A stretch of DNA of 64,000 nt from Candidatus Atelocyanobacterium thalassae (lineage in GTDB: Bacteria > Cyanobacteriota > Cyanobacteriia > Cyanobacteriales > Microcystaceae), in NCBI GenBank assembly GCA_051971635.1, contig JBFPLN010000005.1, forward strand, positions 1 to 64,000, in the 5' to 3' direction. A model generated the notes under the pieces. The model was given only the letters and a program-made list of their open reading frames with translations. It was not told the DNA's origin and made no database searches. This document shows positions 34,544 to 46,297 of this stretch, piece after piece (within the stretch, counting starts at the first letter, position 1; each line of letters begins with the position of its first letter). The translations under genes and the position numbers were made by a program.

Positions 34544-35707
34544 ATGTCCCTGGTCAGTTTACCTGGATTAATCAATATGATTGGAGAAATTAGTCAACGT
34601 CATAATTTACCCAAATCTGCTGTTCAAGAGGCCTTGAGAGAGGCTCTTTTGAAAGGTTACGAACGTTTTCGGCGCTCTCAGAATTTAGACCGTCAACCCT
34701 TTTACGATGAATATTTCGATAATTTCGAGGTTGAATTAGATACAGAAGAGGAAGGGTTTAGGATTTTATCCACGAAAAAAATTATGGAAAACGTGGAAAA
34801 TATTGATCACCATATCTCTCTCCAAGAAGTACAGGAAGTAGCTTCTGAAGCTCAGCTTGGTGATGAAGTCGTATTAGATGTGACACCTGAACAAAAAGAC
34901 TTCGGCCGAATGGCCGCTATTCAGACCAAGCAAGTACTTTTACAGAAACTGCGGGATCAACAAAGAAAGCTTATCCAAGAAGAATTTCAAGAATTAGAAG
35001 GTACAGTCCTTAGTGCTAGAGTTTTGCGTTTTGAACGCCAAGATATTATCGTTGCTGTTCAAAGTACTTTTGGTCAGCCTGAAGTAGAAGCAATTATTCC
35101 TAAGCGGGAGCAATTACCAAATGATAATTATCGAGCTAATTCATCTTTTAAAATACTTTTGAAAAAAGTAAGAGAAGGATCTCATCGTGGTCCACAGCTT
35201 TTAGTATCTCGTGCAGCAGCAGGATTAGTAGTAGATATGTTTTCTGTAGAAGTTCCTGAAATTGAGGAAGATATAGTAAGAATCGTTGCTGTTTCTAGAG
35301 AAGCTAATCCTCCTTCTCGCTATGTTGGTCCTAGAACTAAAATTGCTGTAGATACTTTAGAAAGAGATGTTGATCCTGTGGGTGCCTGTATTGGCGCACG
35401 AGGCTCTAGGATTCAAGCAGTTGTCAATGAGCTAAGGGGAGAAAAGATAGATGTTATTCGCTGGTCTCCTGATCCAGGTACTTATATAGCTAATGCTCTC
35501 AGTCCTGCTCGTGTGGATGAAGTAATATTGATTAGTCCCGATGAGAGGCATGCTCTAATATTAGTTGCAGAGGATCAGCTTAGTCTAGCTATTGGTAAAG
35601 AAGGACAAAACGTAAGATTAGCAGCACGATTAACAGGATGGAAAATTGATATTAAAAATACTATTGCCTATAGAGAAGAATTAGAAAATCAACAATTTGA
35701 AAATTAA
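34544..35707 (+). CDS. nusA: Transcription termination/antitermination factor NusA
   Basis: FGRMAAIQTKQV, S1 and KH domains, DPVGACIGARGSRI, SLAIGKEGQNVRLAARLTGWKIDI. Confidence 0.98.
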   Translation: MSLVSLPGLINMIGEISQRHNLPKSAVQEALREALLKGYERFRRSQNLDRQPFYDEYFDNFEVELDTEEEGFRILSTKKIMENVENIDHHISLQEVQEVASEAQLGDEVVLDVTPEQKDFGRMAAIQTKQVLLQKLRDQQRKLIQEEFQELEGTVLSARVLRFERQDIIVAVQSTFGQPEVEAIIPKREQLPNDNYRANSSFKILLKKVREGSHRGPQLLVSRAAAGLVVDMFSVEVPEIEEDIVRIVAVSREANPPSRYVGPRTKIAVDTLERDVDPVGACIGARGSRIQAVVNELRGEKIDVIRWSPDPGTYIANALSPARVDEVILISPDERHALILVAEDQLSLAIGKEGQNVRLAARLTGWKIDIKNTIAYREELENQQFEN

Positions 35708-35777
35708 TGAGCTTAAAATGGTAAAAAATTAATTTCATATAGGATAAATCTTTCACAATAAACCAATCTAAATCATA

Positions 35778-36035
35778 ATGGAAGCAAATTATCGACGTTG
35801 TATTAGCTGTCGTTGTATTAATCATAAAGAGACATTTTGGAGAATAGTAAAAGTCTATTTATCTCAAAAGGTACAATTAGATAAGGGAATGGGAAGATCA
35901 GCCTATTTATGTCCTAATGAAACTTGTTTAGCCATCGCTAGTCAAAAAAATCGTCTAGGACGAGGATTAAGAACTTCAATCCCTCAAGACATCTATAAGA
36001 AATTATGGGAACGTTTAGAAAATGAAAGTGCTTAG
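35778..36035 (+). CDS. ylxR: YlxR (DUF448/RnpM) RNA-binding protein
   Basis: RRCISCR, GRSAYLC; lies between nusA and infB. Confidence 0.93.
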   Translation: MEANYRRCISCRCINHKETFWRIVKVYLSQKVQLDKGMGRSAYLCPNETCLAIASQKNRLGRGLRTSIPQDIYKKLWERLENESA

Positions 36036-36257
36036 AAAAGTTTATTTCAGATTATCTATTAGTTTCATAAATCCGAATATAATTTTCTTAAAAATTTGGA
36101 TACAAAAAATAGTATTCTCATAGATGTAGAAGAGAAAATTGTTTTCATAATCATGATTATAAAATTTTACTCATATAGCTTTACAAAGAGCTTCTTTGTC
36201 AACCTTGTCGAGAAACTCAGCATTTATAATAGCCAAACTTAGTTAGGGGGATAGTGG

Positions 36258-39239
36258 ATGAACAACGTACATAAAGTAAGAATTTACGATTTATCAAAAG
36301 AATTAAATCTAGAAAACAAAGAGATTCTAGAAATTTGTGCTCAACTTAATATTGCTGTAAAAAGTCATAGTAGTACAATTACAGAATCACAAGTTGAGCG
36401 AATTAAGGTAATGGCAGAAAAATACATTACAAAGCAAGGAACATCTCAAATAAACGACATCAACATATCAAGTGAAAAAAAGCAGCAAATTCTAGCTATT
36501 CACCATAAACAAATTCACTCATCTTCTACTGAAGATGAATCTGATGATCAATTAAATTATTTAGAGAATCCACAAACGGCTATCTCACCACAGTCACCAA
36601 CGGCTCCAAAACCACCTCAAAAACCAATTTCACCAACATCAATAAAATCACCAAAAGCTGATCGAGGTAGCCTATCTAAACCCTCGATTTTAACAGAAAA
36701 ATCTAAGCCAGAAATTATAGATTCTGATCTATCAGAAGCTCCTCGATTAGAAATATCTTCTAAAGAAAATTTTGAAAAGCCTACTAATAAACCAAGTAGA
36801 GTAAAACCATCTTTAGAAGGAAAAAATAAAATCAAACTTCCAAAGAGAGTTTCTAAAAGTATTTCTCTTAAATCAAAAGAAAAATCAGACACACCAGACA
36901 TTACGACTGAAATTCAGCTGAAGAAAAACCTAAAAAAACCTAGTATTGGAAAACCAGATCTGAAAAAGCCCTCTTCTCATCCAGCAGAAGAAGAGAAAAA
37001 AAATACTGTAACTTTTTCTACTCTTGATTCATCTTCAATAATTGAAGATGATGATGATGAAAATGATGAAACCGATGAAATACTTGATATTGAACTCAAG
37101 CCCAAACCTCAATTAAAACGACCTGCACCACCACGAATTTCTAAGAAAAAGGCTTGGGAAGAAGAAGAGGATGAGGGAAATAAGGCAAAAACAAATAAGG
37201 CAAGTACTAAGGCAAAACGCCGTTTTCAAACAATTGAAGATGAAGATGATGATTTTGAATCAGGATCAGATCTTAATACTGTCTCCCTAAGTCTAAGTCT
37301 TTCTATAGCTCGTCCGCCAAAACCAAAATCTGATCTTCAAGTAAATGAGGTAGTTCATAAACCTAAAAAGCCAACTTTAAAAACAATTGGTTCAACGACT
37401 GAGCGTAATCGTTCTGAGCGCAAAGAACGTCAAGAAGCTCCTCGCCTACCAGAAAAAATAATTCTTGAAAAGAATCTTACAGTGAGAGAACTATCAGAGC
37501 GTTTATGTATATCAGAAACAGAAATTATTAAACTTTTATTTACTAAGGGAATTGCAGTAAATATCACTCAAACCTTGGATCAAGAGACGGCTAAAATGGT
37601 TACGGAATCATTTGGAGTTATTGTAGAAATTCCAGACGAGAAATCTGCAGCTATAAAAAATACAGAAATGCTTGACGAAGCAGATCTTGATCAGCTTAAA
37701 CGACGTCCTCCTGTAGTTACGATAATGGGCCATGTAGATCATGGTAAAACAACACTTCTTGACTCTATACGTGAAACAAAAGTAGCGCAGGGAGAGGCAG
37801 GTGGTATTACGCAACATATTGGCGCTTACCATGTAGATATTAAGCATGATAATAAAAAACAACAACTAGTATTTTTAGATACACCTGGTCATGAGGCGTT
37901 TACAGCAATGCGGGCTAGAGGAGCTAGAATAACAGACATAGCTATTCTCGTAGTAGCAGCCGATGATGGTGTACAACCTCAGACTAGAGAAGCTATTAGT
38001 CATGCCAAAGCAGCTGAAGTTCCAATTGTTGTAGCTATAAATAAAATTGATAAATTAGAATCAAATCCAGATCGTATTAAACAGGAACTATCAGATTTAG
38101 GTCTCGTACCGGAAGAATGGGGTGGCGACACTATAATGGTTCCAGTAAGTGCTCTCAAGGGCGATAATCTTGATCAGTTATTAGAAATGTTAGTTTTAGT
38201 ATCTGAAATTGAAGAGTTATCAGCTAATCCTAATCGCTTAGCCAAAGGAACAGTAATTGAGGCTCATTTAGATAAAAATCGAGGTCCAGTAGCAACATTA
38301 TTGATACAAAACGGTACTCTACGAGTAGGTGATGCTCTCGTTGCCGGTCCTGTCTTTGGGAAAATACGTGCGATGATAGATGATCGAGGAAACAAAGTTA
38401 AAGAAGCCTCTCCTTCTTTTGCAGTCGAAATTCTTGGATTAAGTAGTGTACCAGCTGCGGGAGATGAGTTTGACATTTATTCAAGTGAAAAAGAAGCACG
38501 TTCTATCGCTGATAAAAATGCTCAAAATAGTCGTCAGACCAGACTACAGCAGGCCTTGTCTTCACGTCGTGTCACTTTAAGTACCTTATCAGCTCAGGCT
38601 CAAGATGGAGAGTTGAAAGAATTAAATCTCATCCTTAAAGCTGATGTTCAGGGATCTATTGAAGCCATTTTAGGTTCCTTAGAACAGTTACCTCAAACTG
38701 AAGTACAAATACGTGTTTTACTAGCTGCTCCAGGAGAAGTAACAGAAACAGATGTCGATCTTGCCGCTGCAAGTGGTGCAGTCATTATTGGATTTAATAC
38801 TAATTTAGCTAATGGTGCCAGAGCTTCTGCCGATCAAGAAGAGGTAGATATCAGGGAATACGATATTATTTATAAGCTCTTAGACGATATTCAAGGAGCT
38901 ATGGAAGGTCTTCTTGAACCTGAAGAGATAGAATCTCCTCTAGGACAGGCTGAAGTTCGGGCTGTTTTCCCAGTAGGTAGAGGAGCTGTCGCAGGTTGTT
39001 ACGTATTGTCTGGTAAAGTTGTCCGTAATCGTTTCATTCGAGTTGTTCGAGATGGTAATACAGTTTACCAAGGAACATTAGATTCCTTAAAAAGGATGAA
39101 AGAAGTTGTCAGAGAAGTAAATTCAGGTTACGAATGTGGTATAGGTATTGATAAGTTTAATAATTGGAACGAAGGTGATACGATTGAAGCCTTTGAAATG
39201 ATTATGAAACGTCGTACTCTAATTGGAAGAACTACATAA
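36258..39239 (+). CDS. infB: Translation initiation factor IF-2
   Basis: [48 protein letters not shown]. Confidence 0.99.
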   Translation: MNNVHKVRIYDLSKELNLENKEILEICAQLNIAVKSHSSTITESQVERIKVMAEKYITKQGTSQINDINISSEKKQQILAIHHKQIHSSSTEDESDDQLNYLENPQTAISPQSPTAPKPPQKPISPTSIKSPKADRGSLSKPSILTEKSKPEIIDSDLSEAPRLEISSKENFEKPTNKPSRVKPSLEGKNKIKLPKRVSKSISLKSKEKSDTPDITTEIQLKKNLKKPSIGKPDLKKPSSHPAEEEKKNTVTFSTLDSSSIIEDDDDENDETDEILDIELKPKPQLKRPAPPRISKKKAWEEEEDEGNKAKTNKASTKAKRRFQTIEDEDDDFESGSDLNTVSLSLSLSIARPPKPKSDLQVNEVVHKPKKPTLKTIGSTTERNRSERKERQEAPRLPEKIILEKNLTVRELSERLCISETEIIKLLFTKGIAVNITQTLDQETAKMVTESFGVIVEIPDEKSAAIKNTEMLDEADLDQLKRRPPVVTIMGHVDHGKTTLLDSIRETKVAQGEAGGITQHIGAYHVDIKHDNKKQQLVFLDTPGHEAFTAMRARGARITDIAILVVAADDGVQPQTREAISHAKAAEVPIVVAINKIDKLESNPDRIKQELSDLGLVPEEWGGDTIMVPVSALKGDNLDQLLEMLVLVSEIEELSANPNRLAKGTVIEAHLDKNRGPVATLLIQNGTLRVGDALVAGPVFGKIRAMIDDRGNKVKEASPSFAVEILGLSSVPAAGDEFDIYSSEKEARSIADKNAQNSRQTRLQQALSSRRVTLSTLSAQAQDGELKELNLILKADVQGSIEAILGSLEQLPQTEVQIRVLLAAPGEVTETDVDLAAASGAVIIGFNTNLANGARASADQEEVDIREYDIIYKLLDDIQGAMEGLLEPEEIESPLGQAEVRAVFPVGRGAVAGCYVLSGKVVRNRFIRVVRDGNTVYQGTLDSLKRMKEVVREVNSGYECGIGIDKFNNWNEGDTIEAFEMIMKRRTLIGRTT

Positions 39240-39270
39240 ATTACTTTTTTAGTTAGAAAATTAATTGGTT

Positions 39271-39310
39271 ATAACAAAGCTTGATATCATCAGATATCAA
39301 GCTTTGTTAT
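39271..39310. terminator. Perfect 18-bp stem / 4-nt loop between convergent infB and glycosyltransferase
   Basis: ATAACAAAGCTTGATATC-ATCA-GATATCAAGCTTTGTTAT. Confidence 0.85.
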
Positions 39311-39334
39311 GAAAACAATACAATCGATTATGTA

Positions 39335-42334
39335 TTATTTTTTACTACTAATATTAGTAAACCATAAAGATGAATGCTGTTCGTGACGGTTGTCATTAAA
39401 TATTGTATAAGTCGGTTCTAATCCTAAACTTAAATCTTTATTCCATGAAGACCGATGCTCTTTTTGGATCTGAGCAGCAACTTTACGAACTTCCAGTATT
39501 TTTTTAAAAGGAGACCATTGAGATAGCTTAGAAATACAATCTAACGATCGATAAGATTTTAGTAAAATTTCAATTCCATCAAAATATTTTAAAGCTTTTG
39601 ATTGAGGACAAACTTCTTTAAGATAAAGGCATAAATTATAGGCATATTCTAAATCTGTACTCGTGTGCATACAATAAGATTTTCTGTAGCATAAACATAA
39701 ATAAACTAGATTCTCTACTTCTTCTACACTTCTATTCGCAAAGGCATAACGAATTCCTCCAAGAGTACGATGAATATACCAAGCTCTTATATCTTCAATT
39801 TCGATTGCTGGACTTTGTGTTGTTCTTTCGTCGGGATAATTCCAAAATACTCCTAAGGTACAGTCTACAATTTTACTTCTTATAAATGGAAGAACACGAC
39901 TTTTAAACTCAGTATCGCCAGCTCCTCTAAAACTACTATCGTAGTAGCCAAATCTTTCATGTATAGAACGACGATATAAAGCACCTACCCATGATAGGTA
40001 ACAAGTTTCTAAATAGACTAAATCTTGTTTATATTCCTTTCGATAATAAGGCATGATATCGCTTACCCAGCTACCATTATGATCAACTTCAGTAACAAGA
40101 CTATGTCCAGTAATCCAATCTAAATCCTGAGTTTTATCTAATTCATTAGCAAGAATTTCTAGACAATTTGGAAGAATGGTTTCATCCACTCCTAAGAAAG
40201 ATAAAAAATTTGCTTTAGATAGATCAATCCCCCTATTCCAAGCCATTTGTATAGTTTCTCTTTCTTTGGATCTTGCATAAATAACAGGAATGTTTAACTT
40301 ATCAATTATTTGTTTAAAAACTGTATATTCATCTCCCGGAGAACCACTATCTATTAAAATAATTTCTGCTTCTTTTCTTTGAACAAGCGTTTGATGTTTT
40401 AAAGTTTTTAAAAAGAAAGCAAGTTTAGAGGATGCATTATAAAGAGAAACTATTATACTGACACGATAAGTTGATTTATCACGTCGATCATCTAGAAATT
40501 CATAATCCCATTTATCTTTTGATAAATTATTTAATCGGTTTTGCTCTAATAATTGATAACATTTATTTTCTTTATCTTCTGAAGTATCATACATTGCCTG
40601 TATTGCTATCGATTCCTGAGTAAAACCTTCATTATTCAAAACTCTGACTATAGAAGGAAGATCACCAAACAAATCTTCATTTAATAAGCGTATGCTCCTT
40701 AATTTATAAGTAGCTGCAACTAGTCTATTTCCTCTTAAGTCTTCAATTCTAGCAATTCCTTTCCATAAACGAACCCTATCAATACGATATCCATTACCTA
40801 ATCGACCTCGTATACCTCCACCTTCATAATCAACATTTGAACTCAACTTCCAACATTCTTGAATTTTTTTGTCAAGATCCTTCTGAGTTAATTCTAAAGT
40901 ATTAAAAATATGTTTGTATCGTCTAACTAATTTAGGTGATTTTAAGACTTGAGCGTTATGAGCTTTACTTAGCGGAATTTTTATAAGTTCTTTATTTCTT
41001 CTAACTTCATTTTTAATTTGTTGATAAATAGGCTTTATGCCGGATCTGATTTTAGATTTTAGTAATCTAATACCTGGGATTTTATCTAGGCCATTTAATT
41101 GACCAGATTCCCAATAATTTATCAATTGTAAGTACCAGCGATTTAAATCTTTACGAACTTCAAAATTAGAAACTGGAGAAGAACTATAAATTTCTGTCAA
41201 AGAAGGATCATTAGTTTTAAAACTTGAGTCACGAATTCCAGCGATTAATTTATTTCTATAATCACCATAGTTATTCAATAGATTAATAATTTCTGGTAAA
41301 GAATCATAAATATTATGAATATCAATTTTAATAAATGGAATTTTTGGAAAGTTATCTTCTAAGAAACGACACACTCCTGCACCATTCCCAATAATAGTGG
41401 GACATCCTGAAAATAGTGATTCTAAAGCTACTAAATTTAAAGTATCGTACCGAGAAGGAACAAAGGTAATCGATTTACTATTAAATAATTTTATTAGATC
41501 TGAATGTGGCATTGATGGACACATTCTTAGATCTTTTTGCCTATTGGCAATCATCTCTTCTAAGTAATCTTCAGACGATTGACTTCCATTATAGTTGTAA
41601 CTGTGAGGACCTATTATAGAAGCAGTATGATATTTATCTCGTGGTATCCACCAGATTAAATCTACAAAAATATCAGGTCCTTTGCGTTTTTCTGTTCTAC
41701 CAATAAAATTGAGATTAGGTGAAGATTTTGAAGCAGAATTCGACTTGATTTCAGGCAAATCCATAAAATGTAGTGGATTATAGTAATAAGATTCTAAACT
41801 ATCAACTTCTTTCCACTCATCTAAATAACTCTTACTAATTCCATAACGAATATCTACAGCTTGATATTGCATTTTTTCTTGCAAAGAAAGTGGGATATTT
41901 TCTTTACCATTAAACCAATCTAACTCTAATGTTTTAGATATGATGCCATGCATTGAAAGTGCGATTAAGTCACAATTTACATGAAAATATTTTAAAGCAG
42001 AACGTAAAAACATTCCCCACTGCTCATAATCAGGCACGTCAACCACGTCAAAATTCATGTTTTTACAAGAAGCTGCTATGTTACTAGCTTGGACAAAAGC
42101 TGATTGAACCCACTTAGGTGGCGTTGCTTCAAAAAAATTCTTGAAATCACCATAATTAAATACTTCTTGGTAAGGTATTTGATGAGAATTATGAAGATTA
42201 GAAATTTTTGGAGACTCGTTTTTAACAATATAATAAAAATCTATTTGAGGGTTTTTTTTAATAAGACTACGATAAAAAGTTTGTCCACCTCCCGTTTTCT
42301 GAAATAAATCAAAATCAGCAATAAGAACTTTCAT
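39335..42334 (-). CDS. Two-domain glycosyltransferase (N-terminal GT-B/GT4-like, C-terminal GT-A/GT2)
   Basis: N-terminal half: FIGRTEKRKGPD, VPSRYDTLNLVALESLFSGCP. C-terminal half: VSIIVSLYN, ILIDSGS, AWNRGI, FLGVDE, AGDTEF. Confidence 0.85.
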   Translation of the reverse strand: MKVLIADFDLFQKTGGGQTFYRSLIKKNPQIDFYYIVKNESPKISNLHNSHQIPYQEVFNYGDFKNFFEATPPKWVQSAFVQASNIAASCKNMNFDVVDVPDYEQWGMFLRSALKYFHVNCDLIALSMHGIISKTLELDWFNGKENIPLSLQEKMQYQAVDIRYGISKSYLDEWKEVDSLESYYYNPLHFMDLPEIKSNSASKSSPNLNFIGRTEKRKGPDIFVDLIWWIPRDKYHTASIIGPHSYNYNGSQSSEDYLEEMIANRQKDLRMCPSMPHSDLIKLFNSKSITFVPSRYDTLNLVALESLFSGCPTIIGNGAGVCRFLEDNFPKIPFIKIDIHNIYDSLPEIINLLNNYGDYRNKLIAGIRDSSFKTNDPSLTEIYSSSPVSNFEVRKDLNRWYLQLINYWESGQLNGLDKIPGIRLLKSKIRSGIKPIYQQIKNEVRRNKELIKIPLSKAHNAQVLKSPKLVRRYKHIFNTLELTQKDLDKKIQECWKLSSNVDYEGGGIRGRLGNGYRIDRVRLWKGIARIEDLRGNRLVAATYKLRSIRLLNEDLFGDLPSIVRVLNNEGFTQESIAIQAMYDTSEDKENKCYQLLEQNRLNNLSKDKWDYEFLDDRRDKSTYRVSIIVSLYNASSKLAFFLKTLKHQTLVQRKEAEIILIDSGSPGDEYTVFKQIIDKLNIPVIYARSKERETIQMAWNRGIDLSKANFLSFLGVDETILPNCLEILANELDKTQDLDWITGHSLVTEVDHNGSWVSDIMPYYRKEYKQDLVYLETCYLSWVGALYRRSIHERFGYYDSSFRGAGDTEFKSRVLPFIRSKIVDCTLGVFWNYPDERTTQSPAIEIEDIRAWYIHRTLGGIRYAFANRSVEEVENLVYLCLCYRKSYCMHTSTDLEYAYNLCLYLKEVCPQSKALKYFDGIEILLKSYRSLDCISKLSQWSPFKKILEVRKVAAQIQKEHRSSWNKDLSLGLEPTYTIFNDNRHEQHSSLWFTNISSKK

Positions 42335-42982
42335 ATAATTAATATTTATATTTGAATAATCGATTAATTTTAAATGTTTTTGAAAACTGTAGTTAAATAA
42401 TTAAAAAAATCAAAGATAGTCTATTAGTTTAACTGTTATTCAAAAAGATAATGAACTGTAAGATATTCTAAGTTGCTAATAAATATTAAAGACAACAAAA
42501 AATATAGCTAACTTACTTATGAGAATTTTTTGAGAATTAGTTAGCTAGAGAAGAATATATCTCCATAAACTATTTTATAAAAGATAAATTCTTTCGTAAG
42601 TATGGTTTACAGTATGTATTGTTTAATTTATGATTATTACATATATATTAATAAATACTATTAATACTGTTTTTATTTATTAGGCTAAGTTATACATATG
42701 CACAGAAATTTAAGTTTTAGCGGTGCGTATAATACATATTTATTGTTTCTTTACTAAAGTAAGCATAATTTTTTTATTTTATATACCGTACTATCTAGTT
42801 ACTAGTTAATTTCTAAATATTTAAGATGATAAAAAAGCGTTTTATTATTTCCTTTGACAAAATTATAGCTCTGTAAATATAGGTTTTTACAAATAAATAT
42901 GTAGGTGTAATTTTTCTTATGCAATAAATGTATTGTTCTTCTATTCTACAATGTTTTTATATTATTTAAATACTCATAAAAA

Positions 42983-43573
42983 ATGCCAGAAGTATCCCCA
43001 GATAAATTAGTTCAAGGACTTTTTAAAGGTAAAGTAGTTAGCTTTCCTACTGATACAATTCCTGCTTTAGCAACGCTACCTCAAAATGCTTCTTCAATTT
43101 TTGCTATGAAGAAGCGATCTTTCGAAAAACCCCTAATTTTAATGTGTTCATCTTCAGAAGCTATCTGGAAATACACCAAAGGAACTTCTGAAGAATTAAA
43201 AATTTGGAAAAATATAGCGTATAAATATTGGCCAGGTCCATTAACCCTAGTATTACCAGCCTCTGATTTTATTATAAATATAAATACTAATAATCTTATT
43301 AACTCGAAGACAATAGGAATACGTATCCCTAATTGTTTTGTAACACAAAGAATATTACAGAAGGTAGGATGCTTGCTGACTACTAGTGTTAATATTTCAG
43401 GAGAGAAACCTGCAGAAAATATAAGTGAAATATTGCAAAACTTTCCTGAAGTTTTAGTTTTGCGGAAACAAGATTTTAATAATTATAAAAATAGTACTGG
43501 TTTACCATCTACTGTTATGGAGTGGGAATCAAGAAAATGGAAAATTTTACGGCAAGGTTATATTAATATTTAA
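42983..43573 (+). CDS. tsaC: L-threonylcarbamoyladenylate synthase (Sua5/YrdC)
   Basis: FPTDT, KKR..KPLI, YWPGPLTLVL, IGIRIP, TTSVNISG, PSTV. Confidence 0.92.
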   Translation: MPEVSPDKLVQGLFKGKVVSFPTDTIPALATLPQNASSIFAMKKRSFEKPLILMCSSSEAIWKYTKGTSEELKIWKNIAYKYWPGPLTLVLPASDFIININTNNLINSKTIGIRIPNCFVTQRILQKVGCLLTTSVNISGEKPAENISEILQNFPEVLVLRKQDFNNYKNSTGLPSTVMEWESRKWKILRQGYINI

Positions 43574-44002
43574 TTTTAATTATTAAAGTAAATAAAAAAT
43601 ATGTACAAGATTTGTAACTCAAAAATATTCTTGGATAATACTCTAAATATGGGAAGTTTTCTTTACTAAGATGATTAATTAGATTGTGGATTTCTTATCT
43701 ATTAATTTGATGATTATTAAAAGACTTATATTGTTTCTCATAACTATAACTAGTTTGAGAATTAATATGTACATCAAATAAAACATTAAACAGGTTAACT
43801 TACTTCATTAAATTTACTAATTGACTATAATTTTAATCAGACAGATGTACATAGTCTCTTAAAAATATTAAAAAACTCATTGTTAAATAAAATATAGATT
43901 TTACAAACCTTAGTAAATATCTCAAAAAACTATTTTATCTAAAATAAAGCTTTTCAAAATAGGATACTTGTTAAATATTTTAACGCGAAAAATATATTTA
44001 TT

Positions 44003-45445
44003 ATGGATGATAAGAAATTACTGAATGTCTTGGGAGAAGAAGAGCTATTAAAAGTAAGTGCCGAAAATAGTTTAGTTCAAACTTTATCTAATGATAATTT
44101 AATAGATTCAATATCTGGTCTAGTAAATTGTGATGTATGGCAATTAATCCAAGAAATTGTCTGGGAGGCGGAAGTAAATATTTGGGATCTATATATTGTC
44201 GGTGGGATAGTTAGAGATTTATTTCTTGCGAAAAAGAATAAAGAAATATCAATACAAGATATCGACTTAGTAGTAGATGGAAAAAATTCTTCTCTCAATG
44301 TAGCTGTCGGGATAAAACTGGCAGAAATTCTAAAACAACGTCATCCAGAGGCTAGTTTGACTGTACATCATGATTTCAAAACAGCATCTTTACTTTGGAA
44401 TAAAGATGAAAAATATGGATCAATACGAATTGATATTGCGACATCAAGAACAGAAATATATCACTATCCTGCTGCAAATCCAAAAGTTCAGATAGCTTCT
44501 ATTAAAGAAGACTTATACAGGAGAGACTTTACCATAAATGCTTTAGCAATAAAATTGACATTTCCTGATAAAGGAAAACTATTGGATTTATTTATGGGTT
44601 TACTAGATCTAGAAAAAGCTCAAATAAAAGTGTTGCATCCCAATAGTTTTATTGAAGATCCTACTAGAATTTATAGAGCAGTCAAATTTGCTACACGTCT
44701 TAACTTTAGTATTGAGCCTTACACCATACAATGTATTTATAATGCAACCAAGAGTGGCATCCACGATAAAATTAAACTAGAAACAAGTATTATTCCTGGC
44801 TTAACTATACGTCTTAAAAATGAGTTGAAATCTATTTTAGATACTAATTATTGGAGAGTCTCTCTAGAATTACTATCCCGTTTTGGTGCTTTATGTTATC
44901 TATGCCCTAGATTTGTGTTGAGTTACGAAATATTATGGCAAATGCGCTATGCTGCTAGATTAATTAAATATATTGATTTCCGCGACAAAATAGCACAATG
45001 GTTAATTCTGCTAGAAATATTATTGTCTTCAATCCCCCTAGAAGAAAGAAATTTTATTGCTACTAACTTACAACTTCCTTTTGAAAGCATAGTAAGATTA
45101 TCAAAAATAAGAAGTATTAATAAAAAGATAAATAGAGAACTATTAGATCATTGTAAAGTCAGCGATAAAGTCAGGTTATTGAGAAAGTTCAATTGTATAG
45201 AATTAATATTAGTTGCAATACAGTCTAAAAAAGAAGTTCGCTATTTTATTTGGCAATATCTCACAGAATTTTCAAAAATGAGTTCTCCTTTAAGTGGTTA
45301 TGACCTAAAAAATATGGGGTATTTACCAGGGCCAAAATATAAAAAAGTTCTCAACAAGTTATTAGATAAAACTCTAGATGGAGAAATCAGGACAAAACAG
45401 GAAGCAAAAATAATAGCTCAACAGACAATGAAAAGACTTGATTAA
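44003..45445 (+). CDS. Class II tRNA nucleotidyltransferase, cyanobacterial A-adding type, lacking the N-terminal DHH/CBS domains
   Basis: YIVGGIVRD, DIDLVVDG, DIATSRTE.Y.YPAANP, DLYRRDFTINALA, LHPNSFIEDPTRIYR. Confidence 0.85.
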   Translation: MDDKKLLNVLGEEELLKVSAENSLVQTLSNDNLIDSISGLVNCDVWQLIQEIVWEAEVNIWDLYIVGGIVRDLFLAKKNKEISIQDIDLVVDGKNSSLNVAVGIKLAEILKQRHPEASLTVHHDFKTASLLWNKDEKYGSIRIDIATSRTEIYHYPAANPKVQIASIKEDLYRRDFTINALAIKLTFPDKGKLLDLFMGLLDLEKAQIKVLHPNSFIEDPTRIYRAVKFATRLNFSIEPYTIQCIYNATKSGIHDKIKLETSIIPGLTIRLKNELKSILDTNYWRVSLELLSRFGALCYLCPRFVLSYEILWQMRYAARLIKYIDFRDKIAQWLILLEILLSSIPLEERNFIATNLQLPFESIVRLSKIRSINKKINRELLDHCKVSDKVRLLRKFNCIELILVAIQSKKEVRYFIWQYLTEFSKMSSPLSGYDLKNMGYLPGPKYKKVLNKLLDKTLDGEIRTKQEAKIIAQQTMKRLD

Positions 45446-46006
45446 TTAGTTGTAGTTATGAAACGTAATATATTTATTTAAATTTTGATAATATTTTTTT
45501 AGCTAATGTCCAAAAGTAATATCTTAATTAACTATTACGGTCAATACACTATAATTGAAAAATATGGGTTATTTACATTGACAATTATTTTTTCTTTCAT
45601 AGATTATATCTTATAGTTTAATTAAATATTCTGGATACTTTAATATCAGCTTTTATAGAAATAAGAAGTAACTATTTATGAATATTAAATAGAGATAATC
45701 TAAGTTATATAAAAAAATCTGTATATGTTTAAATGAAACTTACTAGCTTATAATTTAAAAAATTCATTTTTTAATTAAGATTAAAATACATCATAAAAAT
45801 ATATTTTTAGATTTATATTTGTTGTAAAATTTTCTCTGAAATTAGTTTAATTTTTTATAATATTTAATTTTAGAATTAAATATTATTTTCGTAGTTATTC
45901 ATATAAGCTTATAAGCTAGCTCGAAAAAGTTTACCGATTTTGATATTATTAACTTTAGCTTCAACAAATATTATTTAATTTTGACGATATAACTATATTA
46001 ACTACT

Positions 46007-46276
46007 ATGGAAAATATACAACTCATTAATATCGGGTTTGGTAATATTGTGTCTGCTAATCGAATAATTTCTATAGTTAGCCCAGATTCTGCTCCAATCA
46101 AACGTATTGTTACTGATGCAAGAGATAGAGGGCAGCTTGTCGATGCTACATATGGTCGCCGCACACGTGCTGTTATTGTCACAGATTCTAGCCATGTTAT
46201 TTTATCTGCTATACAGCCGGAGACCATAGCTCATCGTTTTATTCTTGGTAAGGAAAATACTATTAACGGTAATTAG
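46007..46276 (+). CDS. remA: RemA-like DUF370 protein
   Basis: [16 protein letters not shown]...[28 protein letters not shown]; upstream of gmk as is typical. Confidence 0.92.
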   Translation: MENIQLINIGFGNIVSANRIISIVSPDSAPIKRIVTDARDRGQLVDATYGRRTRAVIVTDSSHVILSAIQPETIAHRFILGKENTINGN

Positions 46277-46297
46277 TAATTAATTTTTTTGTTTTTT

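Noticed and set aside
36500..37450. Low-complexity Pro/Lys/Ser and acidic stretches in infB
   Set aside because: This is the normal variable N-terminal region of cyanobacterial IF-2, not an insertion or repeat element.
42800..42880. Possible prmC 3' remnant upstream of tsaC (IKKRFIIS)
   Set aside because: The similarity is too slight to separate from AT-rich noise.
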